Source: Phoronis australis (taxonomy: Eukaryota; Animalia; Phoronida). Taken from it: a stretch of DNA of 64,000 nucleotides. Where the stretch lies: assembly GCA_002633005.1 (NCBI GenBank), contig NMRA01000671.1, positions 62,001 to 126,000 on the forward strand. The letters are read 5' to 3'. A model generated the notes under the pieces. That model was not told where the DNA came from, ran no database searches, and saw nothing but the letters and a program-made list of their open reading frames with translations. The position numbers were made by a program, and so were the translations under genes. Position 1 is the stretch's first letter; each line of letters opens with the position of its first letter. Shown here piece after piece: positions 51,855-63,760 of this stretch.

Positions 51855-52230
51855 TGCCGTGAATAATACGGTTACACGAAAGTCACGCATTTGTCAGGAT
51901 ATGCGTGACTTTTCACCGCTCGTCCTTCTCAACGGCTTTTACCGGGATCAAAGAGTCAGAGAGTGCGGCGCCAGAGCCGGACTCAGTTGCGATGACCGCA
52001 TTGACCGATGCGAGCAAGACCCAAATAAGTGTAATTACCAGACCATAACATGTAGCAAACTTCTCTGCCTGTACATACTGGCGAATTTTCAAAATGCAGT
52101 AACCAACAGTTTTCGTTAAAAACAAATACCACAGCCGTATTCAGATAAAAATCAACCCAGTTTGGTTTCCGATTTTTAAAAATCGATGAGCTACATGTAC
52201 ATATTAAGCTAAAATCTACGAAAACTAAGA
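51855..52230 (-). repeat. Partial inverted copy of the interior of P-like copy A (about 17660-18015)
   Basis: GCCGTGAATAATACG...CCGCTCGTCCTTC...GAGCAAGACCCAA, also repeated from 52806. Confidence 0.8.
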
Positions 52231-52805
52231 ACGCGACTAGACTTTTTGTCAGCGAGATTGATGCTAGAACGTTCTGTAATTTTGGAACAGACTCCTTTGT
52301 TCAGGTGTGCAGGAATGAAGTAACGAACCAAGAGAGATAACAAATAAACAAAAAACAGTAGATATATTTCGTGACCCCATGTCACATCATCAGGCAATGA
52401 GTAAAATGAAAATATACAGAACGAAATAAACAGTGAAATACACGTGGCAGCATACTGGCAAGGGGATCCATTCAAGATAACGTTATACACCGACTTGGCC
52501 GAAAAATAAATAGGCGGGAAATAGTAGACAATACCATCATTGGCTATGTTGAAAAAGACATATTTTGGATACATGTTTTGGAATTCGCTATTGATTATTC
52601 ATGTAAAACCTAAGTTGAATGAAAAGCTCACAGGTGTGTATCGCACCTTGGCTCTGTTTTGATAGAGTTGCGGGCTTTCTACAGTGTGTTGCATCCACAC
52701 TCTCTGCTTGTATCACCACTCTCATCGAAACAATTTGACCTGCCAAATCCAAAAATCGAAATCAACGCATATGAAAAAATGGGCGTTTTATGAGAAAAAA
52801 ATACC

Positions 52806-54398
52806 ATGCCGTGAATAATACGCATACACGAAAGTAACGCATTTGCAAAGAAATGTGTGACTTTTTACCGCTCGTCCTTCAGATCAGGGCCCGGTCTCCA
52901 ATCTTTTTACTCGAAATGGAACTCGAAATTTGGTTTGGCATTTTCTACTTTACTTTTGGGCGAACTCAAGATAAGTGTCTATTATTCTATGCTCGAGTAC
53001 ACAATAACTTACGTAGATAATTTATTGCCCTTAGTTCACAGTTTGTAAACCCAATATTAAAGCAATAAGTTCGAGTTTGAACTCAAAATTTCGAGTTTTT
53101 ACTCGAGTTTGTAGCATGAATATAAGGGTCTTCAAGGGCAAACTTGAACTAGAAACTCCTATGCATAAACTATAATGTATTCGAGCACAGTCTGATAACC
53201 AATTATCTTAAATTCGCACAAAAGGAGCAAAGAAATTGCCAAAAATAGTTTCGAGTTCGTTTCGAGTACAAGATTAGAGACCGGGCCCAGCTTTTACCGG
53301 GATCAAAGAAAGCGCGGCGCCAGCCGGACTCGTTTGCGATGACCGCATTGTCCGGTGCGAGCAAGACCCAATTCAGTGTAATTACCCAATTATAACCTGT
53401 AGTAAACATTTCTGCCTGTACATACTGGCGAATTTCAAAAAATGTATGAACCAACAGTTTTCGTTAGAAACAAATACCACAGCTGTATTCAGATGGAAAA
53501 AAAACAAGTTTTGTTTTCGATGAATGAAAATCGATGAACTATTAAGCTAAAAACTACAAACATTGGGTACGATTAAAGATAAACGACTGTACGTATTGAT
53601 ATACTCGGTGAGAGTTAACAATATCACGTGGATTGTTCTTTAAATATACAACTAAGCTATATTGAAACATCTATGAACAACACACAGTGACTAAATCATG
53701 TCAATAACTTTTAAAACATCGCTTATGGCCCCATGCATTCCGAACTACTTTACTCCCGGGGAAATACACTAACCGGAAAACTGCTATAAGCGGAAATGCG
53801 TCAATTTCCACAGTTAGCTTTATGACTGAGGAAAAGCTAGAATAGTATAATGTACATGTACTTACTGCAACCACAATTGTCTAGAGGCTCCAAATCTTCA
53901 GTTTGGCTATCATCATATTTGCACATTTGTACATGTATATATTTTATGATTTTAGTTCTAATAAAAAATAAGATTGAACTAATGGCACGTGTAGCTTTGT
54001 TTGCTGTCACATGTTTGGTGTACCTGTAATCTGGAAAATTTAGAGATGGGTTCACAATTAACTGACTTCTAAGTTGTTTTGGTGCTTCGGTTAAACGCAA
54101 AATGAAAAGATAGCAACCATACACGGTAAGAAAAAAAGAAAGTAGACAGGAGTATTAAAATAAAGTAATGAAAAAAAGTATGAAACATATTTGAAACCAC
54201 CGTTCCTTTGGGAAGTGGCCCTTTGTCAAGATCAACGCAAATCAGCCTTTTAGTATTTTTGTAAAATTTAAAATGTACCAACTTAAAACTGCTTTCCATA
54301 TTGCAGGCTTTAGCTCTATGCAAACGCCAGAGAAAAACAATTTGTGTGTAATAACGACCACCATTGTCAAGAAAGTAGTGCTAGCGATTACCTTTCCA
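52806..54398 (-). repeat. Inverted copy of the interior of P-like copy A (15395-18015) lacking the Harbinger-like insert
   Basis: Colinear reverse-complement similarity, also visible as paired spurious ORFs 15460/54069 and 15726/53837. Confidence 0.88.
52888..53287. mobile_element. PIF/Harbinger-like MITE with 3-bp CAG TSD
   Basis: Perfect TIR GGCCCGGTCTC / GAGACCGGGCC; CAG at 52885-52887 and 53288-53290; empty sites in paralogs near 17932 and 51932. Related fragments at about 13040-13270, 13852 and 24540-24817. Confidence 0.8.
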
Positions 54399-56617
54399 AT
54401 TTCATTAGCTCAGATCTACATCAATACAGAGGGCGTGATGGATATGGTAAAAGTTGTCTGGGGCTTAGGGACTCGGAGCGGTATCCAGTGTAAGCGAGAA
54501 ATACTCCACATGTACAACAAAATGACAAAGAGCAATGTCTTTTGAAAGACACGTTACTGTAAAAATCTAGCGCCATGCATACAATCAATCGTAGATATAC
54601 TTTTTATTCAACAACAAGTGCCGATATCAACATTGTTAAACAACGGATCACTTCAAATGGTCACATGTTATTACTTGCATGATGAAGATGTTATGTCAGA
54701 GACCTATTATTTTGACTCCACACGCGGACAGTCTTGGAATGAGCAATTAGTATACAATAAAGAGGTAAACAACAATTTCAGTTCAATCAAATACATGGGC
54801 GTGCACCATCCATGTGAGCAATCATATTATATGTACACTGCAAAAACGCCAAACATGGAACCACCAACACTGGCAAAATACCAAATCACAATCGCCTAGT
54901 CATCTAAGATGTCATGCCACACTTATACTGAACTTGTAAACAACATTATTCTTTACGGCAAGAATATCGATCCTTTCAAAACAGGCTTCCTAGAGAATCG
55001 ACCGTACCTTCATTGACCCATAATCAACTTTATTTTCTCCAGAGGAAGCACTGTGGCCTAGTGTGATACAAGTGATCGCTTTCTTTACTTCAGGTCGTTG
55101 GCTCAGGTCACACTGGGCACACTGATAGATCCCCGAGTCAGGTTTCTAGCTCCTTAGCTTTATTTTCACTATATACATGTGTACAGTATTAATAAAACAT
55201 AAAATGGTTCCAGGAGATCACTGCAATGGGCAACATCAGTTTTTTTAAAATTTATGTATTCGTGTATAATAATTGTATATAGACTTCTTTGTATTTCTTA
55301 ACCCAGATCTAATGCCTCTTGGCGCTTCTGGGTTAGGTATATTCATTGTATTCTGAAGATTTTGCAATAAACATTGAAACAGTGCAATGGGCCCACATCT
55401 GCAGCTTGCCTACAGAGTTCGCATTTGGAGTACTATTCCTGTAAGATTACAGATCTAGATCAAACACGAAGGAAATAATTCCATAAAGAAAACCTAGAGA
55501 TACATGTAACTCGATTGTGCCCATAACATTACTTTCTACATGTTGTGTTCAACCAAATGAAGAAACAGTGTCCTTGCTAAGTTGGAAGTAACATAGATTA
55601 TAGACAACAGATTCGCAACTCCGACGTTTACTTACGTGCTAGCCAACTGAAGAGGAGCCGCCACTCTCCTAAATTATCTGGCGCAGTTTCCGGTTAGTGT
55701 ATTTTGGCGAGACATATTTGCATCTACTTTACTGTACAGTACAACGAAAAAAAAATAATTTCGGCAATGAAACGCTGTTCAAAGTCTTCGAATACTAGAA
55801 GTGTTGGTATCGTAAGTACCTTTGACAACGCTGGTGTTAATTAATTACAAAATTCAAACTTCGGTGCCGACTGATTATGTCGTCTGCTTGCCCAGTAGCA
55901 GCATAGTTATCGGACAGTTTGTGATTTATGGTTCACATAGGACTACTGAAAAAACTAGGAAAGCATGTTTGTGCATAAATTCCGAGGAGTACCTGTGAAT
56001 GCAAAAGATATTTATATAACGTTTTTGTTTTAGAAAAATATTAATTTTGTTCGGATCAAAAAATGCGCCGCTGCAACGATTTCACTGGTTTAACCTTTGT
56101 ACATGTATGTTTATAATTCATCATTCTCAAGAGAACAGTTCTTCTGGGTAGTATTAAGTGGCCCTTAAAAGGGCTGTTGGTTGCACTGTTCACTTGAGCC
56201 TTAGGTAAAGCGTGAAATGGTTCTTTAAAGGACCGTTGAATAATTCAACATAAACCACACAGTAAACCGTGCTCACTCAATTACTGAAGGTGCACTTCAT
56301 ATAAGTTTTCATCTAGGAAGGTTGGATGAAAACAGACAAGATGACAGTATCGATGACAGTTGTAAAGCTTTGTTACCGTTCACCAACGTTATCACGAACC
56401 CTGCCTCGTTCAGTTCTTGTTCCTGGATCCACAAGTAATCCTGAACCGTAGGGAAAAAAGACATACAACAAAACAATTAAAATTTCGAAAATCATTGCTA
56501 TCGTAGGTTTCGGTGTTGCTGTCGCCATACCAATATTCTTCCCCAACAACCATGTCGAAAATCGACGTTGCAAAAGATGAAAAATTGTGTCCTTTGTTTC
56601 TAAATTTTAACCCATTT

Positions 56618-58021
56618 TTATGCGCCCACATATTTATATGTCGACGCATTATGCCGTCATCTCCGTCCGTCCGTCCGACCGTCCGTCCGGGCGGCGTCCG
56701 GCGTCCGGCGTCCGCTGCTTTATCTCCAAAACCCTTTGACATACGTTCATGAAATTTGGCACATATGTTCCATTCATAAATGGGACGGCATGTGCGATCT
56801 TTCGGACGGATCCGACTACCGGTGTGCCCCCTAGTGGCAATTTTAGTTTTTTACGCTTACCTTTGTATCTTCAAAAGTTTTGAACGGATTTTCATGAAAT
56901 TTGGTATGTAGGCACCTATTAGTGAGATGACGCTATGCTGCCGTTTTCAGATGAATTCGACATAGTTTGCGCCACCTAGTGGCCATTTTTAGTGTTTTCG
57001 AGTCTGTTTTTGTGCGTCCACCTCTCTATCAACCAAACCACTCAAAGGATGATTGTGAAAATTGGCATGTATATGCTTACTATGTAGAGGACGGTTGACG
57101 ATGATTTTCCGACGATTTCGACCACTGTGGCGCCTCCTAGTGGCAGTTTTTTTTTGCACCTATGGCTGTATCTCCTAAACCGTTCGCAGGATCTTTACGA
57201 AATATAATAAGTGTATTTATGTTAACAACAGACGATGATGACTTTTGGACGGATCCGACTACCAGTGTGCCCCCTAGTGGCAATTTTATTTTTTTACGTT
57301 TACCTCTGTATCTTCACAAGTCCTTAACGGATTTTCATGAAATTTGGTATGTGGGCACCTATTAGTGCGATGACGCTATCCTTCCGTTTTCGGATGGATT
57401 CGACCTAGTTTGCGACACCCAGTGGCCATTTTTACTGTTTTTGAGTCTGTTTTTGGCGTCCACCCCTCTATCAACCAAACCGCTATAAGTATGATTGTGA
57501 AAATTGGCACTTATGTTCTTATTATGAAGAGGACAGTTGACGCTGAATTTCCCAATGGCATGACTTTGATTACTGTGGCGCCTCCTAGTGGCAGTTTTTT
57601 TTCGCCCATGGCTGTATCTCCCAAACCGTTTACAGGATCTTTGACGTCTGTATTTTCATAGGTCTTCAGGTGTATACTTTGTGTTACTGCGTGACTATGA
57701 AGGAAAAGTTCCAAGTAGAAATTTGTTTCTGGCATTCTAATGCTGTGCTAATCTCGTATGTTGGTAAATTTGGTTTTAATTCTATGTTTCTGTGGTGCTT
57801 TAAGCAACTGATGTATAGGATGTGCTTGTATTATGAAGATCACTCACATTTTGCCTCTAGCCTATTAAGGACACAATGACCATGCCTTTTCATTTTGCAA
57901 AGTACAACATATTACATATATGCCCTCTACTGGCCACTTTATGGTACCAATAAACAACCCTAGACGGATACCGTATGCGGTGCAATTGTGGGCGCATTTC
58001 AATGCTCTGCGTTGCTCTTGT
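56618..58021 (+). mobile_element. DINE-1-like HINE inserted in P-like copy B
   Basis: subTIRs ATGCGCCCACA (56620-56630) and TGTGGGCGCAT (57987-57997), (GTCC)n microsatellite, about 443-bp central tandem repeat, 3' stem-loop CAATGC-TCT-GCGTTG; inserted in a T-run that is empty at 15270-15275. Confidence 0.88.
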
Positions 58022-59559
58022 TTAAGAAAGGGGTGTACTGATTACGTCTAATGTTGATAGAGCATAACTTGTGGTTTTTGCAATGCATTAATCGTGTTGA
58101 ATATATTTATATTAAGTGGCATCATTGAGTTGAAGGGAAAATAAATTAAACTTAGCACAATAAAGTTTTGAAAATATAAAGGGCAGTAACACATTCCCTA
58201 AAAATCCAGCATTTTCGAAAGGTTTGCGCATTTGGTGATCTGATTGATTCAAGCACTTGCGGCGGGAAATTGATACACCCAGTTATTGTGCACGTGTGCA
58301 CTGTAGCAACGCTTTGTATCTTATTTTTAATTGGATAGTTTGTTAATACAGTAAGTTTCCTTATTTATGCCCATCCTCATTTGGCCGCAACTTGGGCTTC
58401 TTGGGGCTGGCATAGGGACTCACGTGGTGCTTACTCGAATGAGTTTCATTTTAGCGGCTATTTCCAATTGTGTAGGTGAAGTAAATTAACAAAGTGGATG
58501 ATTATCATCAGCTATATTTCATCATTAATATTTTGGACGGGTTCTCAAATTTTCCGAGGCTAGGGAATGTTAAATCTGTAAGGTAGAAGTGTTTCGGTGA
58601 ACTTCTATGTCTGTGGCGTTATTTATACCAGACCAAACTTTAAAAAAGAGGCCCTAGTTTGAAATTGGAATTGCATAGGATGCAATTTGTGTAGACGTTT
58701 GTCTGCGTTGCGAGTTTTTATAAAAAATGGGTCAGTCTGCAGCCAACTACAGTGCAGTGCAACTGAAGTTCATAAAAAGTAAATTTGGACTTCCTGATCT
58801 GGTTTAACATTTCACATATTTCAGGACAATTCTTCCTTTATGCACGGGCCCCTTTTGTTACATTACGAGTAGGATTGGTTCATTATGTACCCTAGAGGTG
58901 GTATAGGACTTTACAAAACAGGTTGAAGAATTTTATTTTTGTTATAAACGTTAGTTTGAAAGGCTGTCCACCTTAAAAAATTAACATTGAAAAATAAAAA
59001 CAACCCTCACACCCCTCTGGTGTTCCTGTTTTATGTTTGGAAAGAAGTTGAAACTTGGGTTAGTTGTTTCATAGACTGTAATGTACTTGGCTAAAATGGT
59101 CTAGAGCTTTTGTGCGGCTTACATTCAACATGAAATGAGTGTGTAACCTGCTGTTGAATTGCCAGTTGGTTATTTCTGGAGTATTAAGGTGATCTTTATT
59201 TATGTTAAAGGTTTTACAAGCATTCAGTTTATTGGTACATGGATTTATAAATCGGCTATATCGGTGATCAAAATCCCGACGAAATGTGCGCATTGTGCCG
59301 AGATAATAACCGCCTGATAAGTGCCGGCGAAGATGACCATTTTGGTTAATTCGCACACTAGACTATGGCTGAAGTTCCTCGTAAGGACAGGAGTGTGTGA
59401 ATCACTATCTTTTGAAAGAATTTAGCGGACAATTTTCGCCAAAAATTTCCAGGTAATATTCATCAAAAACAAGTAAAGAACAATGGATATCCGATATGTG
59501 AGACAGAATTAAGTCAGTAGTGGTAGTACTAGTACATGTAGGCCTACCAACGGTTCCTA

Positions 59560-59708
59560 AAAACATCCATCATCAAAATGGCATTAACGTTTATACAAGA
59601 CCTAAGGTTTTTCTCCAGCCGATTATGGGGTATCCGTACGCTATGGAAGCTAACGCCTTTGCATTTTGCCTGTGTGGCCGAACACGCTGCCACACAGCGA
59701 CCGAGCAT
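59560..59708 (-). pseudogene. THAP zinc-finger relic (P-element transposase N terminus)
   Basis: MLGRCVAACSATQAKCKGVSFH and, after a frameshift, HFDDGCF; starts about 150 bp inside the CATAGA terminus and points inward. Confidence 0.65.
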
Positions 59709-60710
59709 GATTAGCAGACGACGTACTTACCGGAAATTACACCAGATAGTTTAGCCAGGTGTCGACAGTGAATAATGACGTAAAGGCTTGTGCGTAAGTT
59801 CACATATTTCGTCCAGTTGAGAGCATACGGAGTTGTCGGTCCATGAACTATAGTCTATGGGAAGTCAGTAAAGTATTGGTTTTATTACTTGTAAGACTTA
59901 CTTCTTTAAGTACGTGGTCCACACAGTACCACACAGTGAATGACATCTTTCTCTTGTTAAATGTTAAGGCCTATTCCTGATTCTGATCTGAAATTAATAC
60001 AAACCAAGTGTGCCCAGATTCTACAAAAGTGCAAAGTGTAGCGCTTAGAAGCCTTCAAGTTATAGAATACATGTACGCCTCCCTTCATTGCCAAGGATTC
60101 AGTATCAATTTTACTCCCGTAAAACTATACCACACAATAACAGATGTTGATTTGGTATTGAGATTTATCAGCATTACCAGCAATTCGTAAACTAGGTCAT
60201 CCGCCAGGTTCTCTGCGTAAACTAGGTCATCGCGTATGGACCAGTTAGCGCTTCACTCTCCGCGTGTCTACTGGAGAGAAGCACCAGGAAGGTTGTTCTA
60301 CATTTTGTAGCCCAAAATTACCAAAGTTCAAATATATTCCGTTAAAAAGGAAAGACAAAACATATTGTTACAGATGTCTGGCCAATATCATGAGTCACCA
60401 CTCGTAAGCAAATCAAAGCTCTCCTTACTCGTTGCCTTATCTCGCACTACCTCAATTGGACTCAAGAGTTTTCAGTTCGCAATGCAACAATTTAATTCTC
60501 ATAAATTCAACTTGTAATGACCCTTTCAATTTTAAACCATGCCCGAAGTACTCGGAAACAAATTATTGTTAGGTACAACGAGGTTTTTTTTCTCTGAAGT
60601 GGATCGTAAACACCTCAGGTGAGTTTTCCGCACATAGCTACTTTGGTTTAGAGCTGAATTTTCTGCTCCCATACTATGGGCCGGGCCGGTCAAGGGCAAA
60701 TCCTTTTTGT

Positions 60711-60800
60711 ACGCACTACTTACAGCATTGGAATCAAACTGTTATAAATAGAGAAACGCACTACTTACAGCATTGGAATCAAACTGTTATAAATAGAGAA
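60711..60800. repeat. Exact 45-bp tandem duplication
   Basis: ACGCACTACTTACAGCATTGGAATCAAACTGTTATAAATAGAGAA x2. Confidence 0.9.
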
Positions 60801-60907
60801 AACGTTTATTAGTGCACTGGTGTGAATATTATCAGTGACTTAAGCAAAATCTTCGAATTAACTAGACCCACTTGTGATAGTCTATGATGATCAACTGACA
60901 TCAAAAG

Positions 60908-61127
60908 GCCAAAATTGGCAATTTTCGGCCACCCCATGTTAAATACAAAATTTTGTCTAATTTTCTTCAAACTCCTACATTTCAATCTTGATTATAATGA
61001 CATCTGTTGGATCTTTCGCCAAAATTGGCAATTTTCGGCCACCCCATGTTAAATACAAAATTTTGTCTAATTTTCTTCAAACTCCTACATTTCAATCTTG
61101 ATTATAATGACATCTGTTGGATCTTTC
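60908..61127. repeat. 110-bp tandem duplication
   Basis: GCCAAAATTGGCAATTTTCGGCCACCCC...GGATCTTTC at 60908 and 61018. Confidence 0.9.
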
Positions 61128-63547
61128 GGCAACTAACTGTACATAAAAGGCTTGGTCGAAATTATCGTTTTCTCACATGCACTTTCGGGTTTTTAGCGGC
61201 GATTCCACTGATCGAAGCGACAAAATAAGCCAAAACTTTGGCCATACCATGTTAAACATAATTTTTTTCCAATTTTGCTGAAACTTGGCCACGTTTTTAA
61301 CAAAATACTTATCTATGTTTTGTGCTATCGGCAAATGTGATTGATTTTATAAATAAGACCCTCACGCTGTGTTTTCTACGAATCCCATGTATCCTGAAGG
61401 GGGCTAAATGAGTGATTTTCGCGCATGCGCAGTTCACGGTTTCAATATTGCTGGTAATGGAGTGATGCTTAAACCAAACCACGTCCACGATTGAACTATC
61501 GCAAGCTCCTCCCCTATGCAGAAAGTCACTTGGCACCCTACAATTCAACAACATGTCGGAAAGAAATGCACTGTCGCTGAACGACGTTGGTGGTGGAATC
61601 GACGAGTGTTTCTTACACTCATGATCCGACAAAGACAACATACGATTTTTTTCAGCAGAGAATCGTACGTTCAGGATGTAGGAATTTGCAAATGTGACGA
61701 TGAAAGTAAGTATTGAGGAAAAGTATTTTGGAGCCAGCAAACAACCGAAAAACACCACGCGGGGTTCACCTTCACCTGGCAAATGACAAGGTTACCCATG
61801 CGATATGTTCATGTAAAGTTAAACATGTACCTTCAATCGAATTATCTGTACGATGCCATAGATTTCAGGATCTTTGGAACAAAATCAGTGGAGATTCAGA
61901 GATATTTTTTATTCTGTCATCTGCTAAACTTCGCCAATGAAAGGTAGGTCACAACTGGTGGGACTCTCGGAGTAAAGTAGGTCGAGTCCATAGCACTGTT
62001 TGCGGTTTTCTAATCTTATAACAAAATATTTTGATTAAAAAACTCGGGTGCATAGCTCAGGTACAAACTCATCTCGTTCTAGGCAAACAGCAATATGTAT
62101 CTCCGGTAGGTCTATGCTGTGTCCAAGTCAAATTAATGCACGGAATTGTCCATAGTTGCACCATTAGGACATTCAAGTTAGGCCTACCGCCTGGTGGACT
62201 TCATATTTTTTGAAGTGTCATTGCAAAAAGGTAACTTTCGTATTATTTTAAGCGCAGCATGATCACTAAGCTGTGGCGTGGTTACAAAACATGACGTGTG
62301 GTGTAGCGGCAAAAATGGCGACAAAAATACCTCAAGTTCTTTTCTTAAAGTTTCGTAAGTCTAGATATCATGTTTGAACAACTTCTAAATGAGCTATCTC
62401 TAACTCTACAGGCGAAATGTATACTAGTGGTTCTCATCAAAAAGTAAATCAACTGTTTATTTTTCGTGACAACAGCTCGAACAAGGCTTTCAGTTCAGTA
62501 ATCGGTGCCCGTCCCTGCCGATCGAATCTCTCAATTTTGGGGAGAAGTTCAGTTGAACGCCAGCCTACCTCTGCTACGAAACAAAACGATGTCCATTAGG
62601 CCGAAATAATTGAAAAGGAATAAAAATGTTCTTAAAACAACAGTTTTCTGGGGTCGACTACCGCTTGAATAGTGCTGAGATCCAGCAAAACCGTACGGAG
62701 TCAAAATCTCAAATAGACCTACACAATATGCAGATGTTCTTAATACTGTGACAGAACAATGTTAAGAAATCATGATTTTTCTCGAGGATCACCGCAGCTT
62801 GGGCAGGAGCTCAAAAAAGGATAGATCGATTTTTGTTTCGGAACGAAACATCCGTTCAGAGAGATAATTTTGTCGGAAACAAATACCATGTTATATCGGT
62901 ACCATTTGGTAATAGTATTTTCAAACGTAAATTATCTTAATACGGTATTCAAATGAAGGCTTTAAAGCGTCTATGAATCATTGATTCGTCAAAGACATTG
63001 ACTCTTAATTTAGACCTATTACTGATATTATATTCTTCCCAACTCGTTTTTCACATAGATGAGAGATGATTTTTTGGTTTTGCTTAGAACTGGAAGTTCT
63101 GAACAGCCTGATCCCGTGCAAGGCGAATTAATTAACACACCGTAACGAGTCAAGGTGTAGAGCCAAGTCTCAAATAACAGCAAATTATCAGTCCAGAAAA
63201 AATAAACATGTTCCAAACTTTTTAGGGTCGACAGAGCCGAATTAGAGAGCAATAATTGTTTCAAATAATCATGTCACCTTATCGTAGTTAGACTCTCAGA
63301 ACGAGCCAAAGCATCGTGTGTATTATCTTAAAGAAATCTTGTTAATGAATCCGTATTACACAAGTAATGAAATGTTAGAAATTGGTCTTGCAGATTTCTT
63401 CCATTTGGTACAAAGAAACTGTTTCCTCATCAGACATGATTCTTTCTGATGAATTGTTTGGTTCCGGAAACGTAACGTTATTTAAAACAATATTTAACAA
63501 TTCATGTATGCGAATTATTCTGGTTATTTTAATCCTTTTTTTCCAAG

Positions 63548-63760
63548 CACTTGGTTCTGAATGTGAAGATGCGAAGATATTGAAGAATCAGAACTTCAGA
63601 AATGCATTTTACGTACCGGATGTTGCTGTTGAGGTGCTCCACTGCGACATGGCTCTTGATTCCGGCTGGTACCGGTTCGTGTCCCCAGCTGGCGGCACAA
63701 TACCTACAACTTGCGTTGAGATCTACCACTGCGGAACAAAGCACCCAGGGTGGATGATAG
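63548..63760 (+). CDS. Exon of gene 2: first half of a UMOD/GP2/OIT3-like D8C domain; possible VWDE-like paralog
   Basis: Pyrimidine tract + AAG acceptor, TAG/GTAAGG donor, phase 1-1; CDMALDSGWYRFVSPAGGTIPTTCVEIYHCGTKHPGWMIG carries the CD..L..GWYRF...P..C....CGT..P.W signature. Confidence 0.85.

Larger units (their letters stand above)
55592..59859. mobile_element. Non-autonomous P-element-like DNA transposon, copy B
   Basis: CATAGATTATA / TATAGTCTATG ends; flanks GGAAGTAA and GGAAGTCA (7 of 8); 55607-58100 matches 14278-15352 and 59735-59859 matches 18240-18368. Confidence 0.78.

Noticed and set aside
55044-55125. tRNA gene (also 42600-42660 on the minus strand)
   Set aside because: Only degenerate A/B-box-like words and no cloverleaf; at most old SINE heads.
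61309-61782. 157-aa minus-strand ORF
   Set aside because: No recognisable domain or splice context.
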